A DNA stretch of 64,000 nucleotides from a virus (lineage: Duplodnaviria; Caudoviricetes): positions 1 to 64,000 of IMG/VR virus record IMGVR_UViG_3300035520_001075, one strand, 5' to 3'. The position numbers were made by a program, and so were the translations under genes. This document shows positions 23,148-32,900 of the stretch, piece after piece; position 1 is the first letter of the stretch, and each line of letters opens with the position of its first letter. A model generated the notes under the pieces. That model searched no databases. It saw nothing but the letters and a program-made list of their open reading frames with translations, and was not told where the DNA came from.

Positions 23148-24044
23148 ATGGAAAGTTCTGGCGGAATGAAAGAAATGTATGATATTACCTTACGTCTTAA
23201 TAGTCCTATTGAGATTGGGAAAAAGAAATATGATATTAATGAAGCTGTACTGTCTTTTGCTTCTGCTTAGATTGCTCAGTTTCAAGAATCAAAATCATCT
23301 GTTCAGGCAAGAGGAGGTTATCATAATCCTGCTTTAGTTAATTGGGAAATTGATAAAGAAGCGAGTTTTGCTTTAACTAATGGCGTTTTATCTCCTACAA
23401 GTTGGGCATTATTAAGTAATTCTAAATTAAATGAGCCTAATATTAAATCTGTTCAATTTTATGAAACATTACATACAATTGAAGATGAGAAATGTTGCTT
23501 TGTTGATTTAAAATATCGACCTAATAACTGCAATATTGAACTTGGTGCTGCACCAAAAATCGAAGGATTTAAGAAAGGGCCGCACGAGGAAATAAAATTA
23601 AAGCCTTTGCCACCGTCAAAGACAAAATGGGTTTTTTGTTATGATGCTGACACAGGATAGAAAATTAGAGATTTTGAAATTTATCAGAATAGAATTTATT
23701 TCTATGAGGGCTATCGAAATGTAATGGTAGATTATACATTTACATATGAAGATAAAATTAAGGTGATAGAAGTCGGTAATCGACTTTTTAATGGATTTCT
23801 CAGGTTAAATGGGAAAATGAGTGTAAAGGATGAAAATAGTGGAGAAGTGTCCACTGCGATATTGGAAATGCCGAAAATTAGATTATCTTCAAATTTATCG
23901 TTAAGACTTGGAAAAAGTTATGATGCTTCTACTGTCAGCGACTTTTACTTTACTGGTTATGTCGATGAGAGTAGGAGAAGAGAGGAGCAGAGCGTTGCTT
24001 ATATAACTTTTTTAGATAAGGAATTAACAGGGGATTATATTTAA
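23148..24044 (+). CDS. diverged tail-tube-like paralog 5, ~298 aa with 2 internal TAG
   Basis: RBS AAGGAGGTG; GMKEMYD and ARGGYHNPALVNWEIDKE align by eye with GIKEVAD and AKGGLGNPELITWDYGKE; joins track ORF 23724-24044. Confidence 0.65.
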
Positions 24045-24046
24045 TG

Positions 24047-24073
24047 GGGAACGGCAAAGACCGTTCTTTTTTT
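24047..24073 (+). terminator. intrinsic terminator
   Basis: GGGAACGG/CCGTTCTT hairpin plus T-run. Confidence 0.7.
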
Positions 24074-24092
24074 GTTTTATGGAGGTGAGAAA

Positions 24093-26588
24093 ATGCCAGT
24101 TTCTAATAATTTAGTTCAAGAAGCGAAAGAAGATAAATTAATAGCTTATTTTATAGGCCTTGCGAAGAAAAGTTTTGAGCAGGAAAAAAAATTCTATTCA
24201 ATAGTGGGGATTGAAAAGAGTGAGAATATGCCTCAATCTTTAGTAGATGAGTATGAAAAATTAACAAATAAAGATTCTTTTAAAAAATATCAGGATAATC
24301 TTGCAGATACTGTGTATGGAAAAGACACTCATTTTATAAAATATTTTTATGATGAAAAATTTATAAGTGCTCTAAGTGGAAAAGCAGCATCGGTCGATTC
24401 TGTTTTAAATAATCTTGAAAAAGATTTGGCAGCATATGCAATAGCTATGTCAGGAGAATAGACTGATATAACAGTAGTTGGAGAAAAAACCTCTTTAGAA
24501 AAAAGTATAACTATTTATTATTTATTTGGGACAGATAAAGATGAAAAAAGCATTGAAATTTCAGGAAAAACTTTAGAAGATAAATTTGAATAGAAAAAAA
24601 AGGCTATTAAGCCATAGGAATTAAAGACTTTTATTGCTGAATAGATAATGGAAAAAGAAGGAAATGTAAAATCAAGAGTTAACCTTAATCCTAGCAACAA
24701 AGAAATTATTCCAAATTTACTAAACGCTATTAATAATTTTATATTAGGATTAAAAGAAACTTCGGGAGAAGTCACGCAGAAAGGAAGAGGATATTATATT
24801 ACAAGAAATATTGAATTTGGCAATAAAATTGGAATTTCTTTAGGTGAAGCCTTATTTGGAAGCTATGGAGAACCCTTACCAGAAACTATAGATGAAGCTT
24901 TTAAAATTAAAGGAGGTCGAAACTTACTTAAAAACAAAGACATGCCAACATATTCTCAAATTTTAAATGATCCTAAAAAAAGTGTCGCTAATGATATAGT
25001 AAGGGCTTTAAATGATACTCTATTGCGTGAAAATGTTATTTAGAGTTTGAGTGAGACTGAAATTAATACAAAAATGGCACTCCTTATTCGATATTTAATA
25101 GAAGGGATGTTTACGAATGGAAAAGCAAATATTTCTATTGAGGGTGCTGTAAGTAGTAATAATAAAAATTACAGAAAAAAAAATGAGATTAAAATGTTTG
25201 AACTTAATTTTGGCTCTCCTAATTTAGAAGAAATTCTTAAGGAAGGAGAATATACAATTAAACTTCGCGGTGGAGAAGAAATGTTTAAAACATTGTTTTC
25301 TGGAAGTTTTAAAACCGAACTTGCACGGCAATTAAAAACTGAACAAGTTAGCGGAGAGAAAAATCAATTAATTTGTGGTGTAAAAATTATTGCAGAAGAT
25401 AAAAATTTATTTTTTAATAAAATTGATAATTCTATTAATATAGACAACTATAAAAAAGAGGTAATAACTAATAAAAAAAAGAAAGGAATAGATGATTCTG
25501 CTAAATTAGAAAAAGATGCTGAAGAAGTTTCAGCAGCTTTTTCTATGGTTATTAGTTCCGTTATTGGTGAGATAGGTAGTGCAGAAGATTCTGAATTATT
25601 TCAGAAGTGGTGGGGGACAGAAGGCAAAAATGATATGTCCTCAGCACTTAAACAATTAATTATTAATAATCCAACTTAGATTTATGAAATATTAAGTAAA
25701 AAAGATAAGAAACAAGTGGCAGGTATGATAGGAGAAACAGTTTTTGGAGCTATAGTGATGAGAAAAATGAAAAATAGTGGCGACCCAATTGTTTAGATGC
25801 TTGGACAGACAAGCCATGGAAACGGGGAAGCTGCTGTAGATTTAAATATAGTAGATGTAAAAGCATTAGAAAATAGTGGTCAGCTGTTCACATCAGACAA
25901 ATTGGATTCAGAAGTTTTAAAAAAGAAAAGATTAACTTCTGTTGGTTTTCAAATTAAAAACTATACTTCTGCAGGAGAGAATAGTGAAATTTTATATAGA
26001 ACAACAAACAAATTATTGAGTGATACCTCAACTATGAAAAGATATTTATAGGATACTTTTTTAGGATATATTCAAGAATAGCTTACTTAGGATAATGAAG
26101 TATTTTTTTAGGGTGGAACGAAGGATGAATAGGACAAGGAATTAAAAAAAATTGGAAATATTTTAGCTTATCATATTCCATATTTCATGAGATACGATGA
26201 GGCTCAAATGGAGCAAAATACTTTTGGAATAGAACAAAATAATTTCTATATAGTTAATTTTAAGTTTGTTCCCTCTTCAATGCTATTTTTTTTGATGGCT
26301 AAAAGTATCGCAATAGAAAAAGATAAAGTTCCTTTAGGAGAACAATATTTTTATTTTTCAGCTTATGAAAACAAGTCCGAAAGAAACGCAAGGCATGAAT
26401 AGGGAATAGACAAAAACAATAATAGAAATTTTTTACCTTCTTACTATAATTTTAGAGATTCCTTTAAAACCCCCCAGAGTGACAATTTAGTTAGTTGGCA
26501 TCATGATAGACTTGCTATTAATTTTACTGGAGTAAAAGTTAATTTTGGCAAGGAATTTGATAAAATTGTGAATAAAACAACGAGGTGA
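24093..26588 (+). CDS. hypothetical protein, ~831 aa with 13 internal TAG
   Basis: RBS GGAGGTG, ATG 24093; five track ORFs (24072, 24648, 25047, 25797, 26187) share one frame, separated only by TAG; ends TGA 26586-26588. Confidence 0.8.
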
Positions 26589-26913
26589 ATTAATTGGTAG
26601 ATAAAATTTTTCTATAAAAAAATAATTTTGATGTGAGTAATGTATTTAATTCTTTAAAAAGGTTCTTTAAGTTATGTTATAGGCTGGCAACAAATAGCAT
26701 ATTTACCCAAATAAATAAAAATATTATTTCAGCAGATAAAAAGGTGCAAGAATTTCTTACTCATATGTAAAAAAATTTTTCAAAGTAAGTTTCACAATGT
26801 TCTAATAAATGATTTAAGAATTTTAATATAAGGATTATTACAATCAAAATTAATTTAGCCAATTAAATTAATGTTTTAATATAAAAAATTAATTATAGAG
26901 GTGAATGGAATAA

Positions 26914-29900
26914 ATGGCAAGTAATAAAAAAACCTTCTATATCGAAGGTAAAGCAGATTTTAGCGACATCATCAACAAATTTAAGCAAGTTCGCCAACAA
27001 CTGCAACAAAAAGGAGCATCAACATCTGACCTCCTTAACATTGATAAGCAAATCCAAAAAATTGAACAGCTTCAAACTGCATTAAAAGCAGCCGTTCAAA
27101 AAGGATTTACTTCCACTTCTGATGTAAATAGTTTCCAAAAAAGTCTTGAAAAAATGAAGCAATTAGCTTCTGAATTGGGAATTAATCTTGGTGATATTGA
27201 CACAAAAACAATTACACAAGGGATAGAATCTGCAGAGAAAGCTATTACAAAAGCAGAAAAAGAATTTAAAGCTTTAAAAAACGAGCAATCAGAAGTTATA
27301 AAAAGTTCTTTAAATCTTTCCTCTAACAGCAAAAAATATGTTCAAACTTTAACTAATGCTGCAAATGAGGGTAAAGATGTTAAAAAGGTTCAAGAACAAA
27401 TTACTGATGAAATTCAAAGTCAAATTGACAAGCAGAAAGAATTAAAAAATCAAGCGGAAAGTGAAAAATCTCAAAAAGAATCAGAAAGAAGTAATCTTGG
27501 CTCGATGAAAGGGTTAAGCAAGAGAAGCTTTAAAACAACAACTGCTTCTGGAAAAGAAAAAAATATATCTGATGACCAAATGTCTCTTGTCGCAGCAGAA
27601 TACAAAAGAATTGCAAATAATTCAAAAGATGCTGGTACGGCAATGGTTAAATTCAAAAAATACCTGTCTGAAAATAATATCACAATGGCTAATGCTAACA
27701 CTATAGAAAAGCATATGGGTCAAAGTATTGATGAAGTTCAGACCAAATATAAAACTTTAACATCTGATATTAAAAATGCAGAAGCTGAAATTAAAAGTTA
27801 TGATAAGCGAATTGAAGATTTAACAGAAGACCAAAAAACTTTAGGTTCTTCTGCAACTAATGCCATAGTAAGTGGTGCTGCAGCAAAAATAGCAGAAGGA
27901 GAAACAAATAGAAATAATAAAGTTTCTGCAGCTGCTCAGCAAGGAACTCAATTGCAAATGCCATCAACAATTCCTGTTGATGTGGACGAAGCAGTACAAA
28001 ATGTTCAGGCTTTAACTGGTGCATTACAAGAAGAAGGCATTCAAACTAACGAAAACATTGATAAGCAAGAGAAGTTTAATCAAAAGCTAGAAGACATAAA
28101 GAGTCGTATTCAGTATTTCTTCTCTCTTGGAAATGCAATGTAGACTATCAGAACACAACTGCAGAAAACATATGAAGAAACGAAGCAATTGGATAGTGCT
28201 TTTGCTTCAATTGCAATGGTAACTGATTATGATGTTAATGATATGTGGAGCAGTTATGGAACTTATGCTGATATGGCTCAGGAGCTTGGACAGAAAACAA
28301 AAGACGTTGTTGAAGCGTCTGCTTTGTTCTATCAGCAGGGTTTGGAAACCAATGAAGTATTGTCATTAACAGAAGACACTATGAAACTTGCTACTTTAGC
28401 AGGTCTTGATTTTAGTACTGCAACTTCTGAAATGACGGCGGCTTAATAAAGCGTAAGGTCGCTTAAAAATATTTTAATTGCTGGAAACTCTTAAAATTCA
28501 AATGCTTTTTATTTTTCCTCAAAATAAAAAGAACGAAAGTAGAAATAAGTTTTGAAGTGGTACATGGTATTTTACCTAAATACTAAAAATAGACAATCAG
28601 CAGCCAAGGAGGAAATATAATATGGAAAATTTTAACATGAAAATGGAAGAATATGAAGAAAGAATAAGAGAAATCTTTCCGCATTGGGAATATAAAACTT
28701 TTAAAATTCTAATTATATTGAACTCAAGGTTCAACGACTATCTCAATAGAGAGTAAATTTAAATAAATTGAAACGGATATGAAAAAGATATAGTCTAAAC
28801 TTTATAGAAATGTAAAGATGAAATAACTCATTAGGAAGTAATGAACCTAATGGAATGAAATGCTACGCGGCTTTAAAATGGAAATGGAAGAAGGCTCTCA
28901 CGTAACTGACGTTTATTCTGAACTTGCTGCTAATGCGGCGGCTTCTGTTGAGGATATAGCGTATGCTATGAGTAAGACAGCATCAATCGGTGCTTAAAAT
29001 ATTGAATTGCTGGAACGTTCTAATGACTATTACACCTTAATGGTTATGAAAGTAGAAAAAAGTAATAGTATGGTATATGGAGTTGCTAACCTAAGTACTA
29101 AATAATGAATAATCAGCAGCTAAGAGTTTAAGATAAAGGAGAAATAATTATGTATGATTTTATAGAAACTTTAAAAAGAGTATTTAATAAAAATAATATA
29201 GAGATTTTAGAATTTAATGGAGAAAAATCTTCTATAAAATATAAATGTACTAAGTGCGGCGAAAACTACAATTATAAAAATGCAAGAAATTTATTTACTA
29301 AAATAACATTATGCCCTAAGTGTTATAAACCATATTCAAGATGGAACAAAGACAGACTACAAGAGCGATTAGAACTATTATTTCCAAACTCAGATTTTAC
29401 TCTATTAAATTATCAAGGCCAAAGAAAACCTTGTAAAATTAAATGTAATAAGTGCGGCAAGATTGAAGTAATTAATAATATCGAAGCTGTAATGATAGGA
29501 AGGAAAGAATTCTTTTGCGGCAATTGTGAAAAAGATAAAAATAAAATCTATGCTCATGTACAAGAAGAATTAAAAAAAGGTTATCTTGAATTGTTAGAAT
29601 GGAAAGGAGTTAATAACTATTCTAAATTCAAATGTAAAAGATGCGGCAACATTTTTGAGAAGAAAGTTCGAGGAAACTTTGATGGGAAAATATGTCCTAA
29701 TTGTTTTAAAATTCATAATAAATTTGATTTTGCAGAAGGTCAAGAACTTTTGAATCAAGTTGGAAATTGTGAATATGAATTACTATAGTTTACTGGAACA
29801 AAGAATAAATCTTTAATAAAGCACAAATGTGGATTTATTTTTTCTAAAAGAATTTTTGAGCTTGGAAGAGGTTGTCCAAAATGCCGCAGAAAAGTAAATA

Positions 29901-32900
29901 AAAAAGTATTGTCTAGCTAACAATATAATCTAAATTAAAACCTTATAAAATTAAAAACCTAAACTATCTTAAACTAAAGCTCAACGACTATCTCAATAGA
30001 GAGTAAATATTAAAAAGTAATATTGAAGTGATATTTGAAAAAGATATAGTCTAAAATGTCTAAAAATAGACATTTTTAATGCGATTGCAAACTCGGCTGG
30101 TATGAGCTTTGAAACAACATCGGCGTTCTTGACACAAATGATAGAAACGACGCAAGAGGCCCCTTGAAACCTTTCATGAGTCAGTCTCATGAATAAACTC
30201 AAATGCTTGACTTTTAGCCTCCTTTATGATATAATTATATTAATAGAAGAAATTCTATTAATATTTTATTAGAAAAAAGGAGTGTTGCGAAATGGATTTT
30301 GGATATATTTATTATTCAAAGAATGAAATTAATGGCAAAATGTACATAGGTAAGATTACCACAAGAAGCTTGCACTGGGAAAATGATTATAAAGGTAGTG
30401 GAACAGATTTACAAAAAGCACTAAAAGAATACGGTACAAAGAATTTTTCTATTCATTTTCTGGCGGCCGCACAAAGTAGTGAAGAATTAACCAGATTAGA
30501 AAAATACTATTTAACGTATTATAAGATTCCAAATGAGAAATTTTATAATAAAAACCTTGCAACTTCAAATAGCGGCCAGTCAAATTATTATAATAAAAAT
30601 AATCAAAAAGGAATAAATCTAAGAGATGTTGTTTGTTATAATTTGAAAGACGACTCTTTAACAATCTTTAACAATTTTACTGCTTTTTGTAAGGAACATA
30701 ATATGATAAGAGGAAACATTTTTAATGTTATCTCTGGACAGAGAATTACACATAAAGATTGTATATTTTGGTATAAAGATTATCCCCTTTCAGAAGATGG
30801 AATTAATTGGATTGTTAACTATAAAAATAAGACTAATTATAAAACAAAGTATATAAAAATTGATGAAGTCAAAGAAGAATTAAAAAGTAATTATAATTTA
30901 GCCAACAATAAAGATATAGATTTTAAATTTAATGGTTATTATATAGAAGACAATAAAGAACTGACGCTAAATTGGGAAGAAATAAATAGTGAGGAAATAG
31001 AAAGATTAATTGACAAAGAAGGAACTGCACCAAAAGAAGAAGAGACGATAGGAAAATTAGAGTTAAATAAAGAAATAGATAATAAATTTGAATTGCCAAG
31101 AGACAGCGAATTCGTAATTGTTGGCAATGGAAAAACTTTATACTTTAATTATGATGAAATAAATATTTTAACAAAACTATACACAGACATAAATCCAAGA
31201 ATTTTAAGACAAGCATTAAATCGAAAACAGAGAACAGTAATGAATAAACAATATTCAATCGTTTACTCATAAAATTTCAGGGTCTATAATAAGCAATTAT
31301 TATAGTAGAATATAATGAATTGACGAGAAAATCCTTAGAGCTCTTACTACTAAACCGTCTTAGTGATAGGGCGGCGGCAAGTCTAATCAGCTTGGTAAAG
31401 TAAAAAAGTAAGAGATTGGATAACTCGCAGCGAAGTTGCTTAGAATTCTAAGTAAAACGTCCAACGACTATCAGGATTGGCTCTGATAGGTATCAAGTGA
31501 TACCGAAGTATTATACTTCCTTTTTAGAGAAAAGGAAGAAGATATAGTCTATTCTATAGGGAAAGCCTATAGCAGTTTAATAAACGGGATGGAATAACGA
31601 ACCATCTGAATGGAAAGGAAAACATTGGTTTGCAAAAGGGCTAATGTAAAATCTATTTAATTGACGGGAACATCCTTAGAACTTTTAATACTTATAAGTA
31701 ATAAATTAAAAGATTGGACAATCCGCAGCCAAATTATTGGGATAATAAAAGGTTCAACGACTATCCTTAATAGGAGTAGAGTTAAATGGCTCGAAAAAAT
31801 AGACATTGTTTAATGACAATGAAGATATAGTCTTATCTTTATAGAAATGTAAAGAAGTAATAAAATTACTTAACAAAAAATAATGATTTTTGTTGAAAAT
31901 CAATGACTGCAATGAAGACCATTCAAGGTAGTGGTCTATAAATCTTCTTAATTGCTGGGAAGTCCTTAGTTTTTATTAAATTTTATAAAACATATAAAAA
32001 TAATAAAGCGGATAATCAGCAGCTAAATTCTTAGGTTTTGAAATAATTTTTCTAAAATTTTAAAGAAGAAGTTCAACGACTATTGGTGATGAATGTAGCC
32101 AAGTAAGATTACTTTAATCTGAAATAGAAGACAGCTTTATGCTGAAGATATAGTCTACTCCCCTTAGTAAATATCGGGAAACCGAGGGTAGAAAGGAATA
32201 GCCCGTTTTACAGAATTGTCTGAAAACGTCTCAGCAGAAGATTCTGAATTTGATGACTTAGACTACAATGATGTAGATACGGCATTAAAATCTGTAGGTA
32301 TCTCATTAAAAGATGCCACAGGACAATTTAGGGATTTGGACGATGTATTTTTAGAGTTAAGCTCTAAATGGAGTACATTGGACCGTAATACCCAGCGTTA
32401 TCGGATACCATTCCATTTTTTAAATGTGTTTGTATCACAAGAAAAACATTTTTAAAATATTGACTTTAATAATATTTTGTGATATAATATTATTAGTAAA
32501 GGAAAATCTTTACTAAATATTATAGTTAGGAGTGATATGAAAATGGTTGAAGGAAAACCAGTTATAATTAATGGAAAGGAAACACAGTATTTTTTATTTA
32601 AGAATGGAGATTTATATAATGAAAATACGCATAGAATTGCACAAGGTGCAATAAATCAAGGGTATATAAGATTTACTCTTGAAATTGATGGAGAAACTAT
32701 AGGCATTTATAAACATCAATTAATGGCTCAATTATTTATTCCAAACCCTGAAAACAAACCTATTGTTCATCATAAAGATGGGTGTCCAAGAAATAATACC
32801 TTAGATAATTTAGAATGGGTAAGCCAAGAAGAAAATCTTAATAAAATTATTAATCCAGTTGAACATAAAATAACTGAAAAATTAACATTAGAAGAATTAG

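Larger units (their letters stand above)
30165..31617 (+). mobile_element. group I intron TMP-3 (1453 nt) with a GIY-YIG ORF in the P1 loop
   Basis: Splice after CCU; CCU|UGAAA pairs with UUUCAGGG at 31275-31282, after the ORF; core AATTGACGAG/CTCGCAGC, CAACGACTATC, AAGATATAGTC; terminal G 31617. Confidence 0.88.

Noticed and set aside
26594-26770. Small ORF or tail assembly chaperone before the tape measure gene
   Set aside because: The frame after the GAGGTG RBS hits TAA at codon 8, and the remaining 45 codons have no recognisable features or slippery site I can support.
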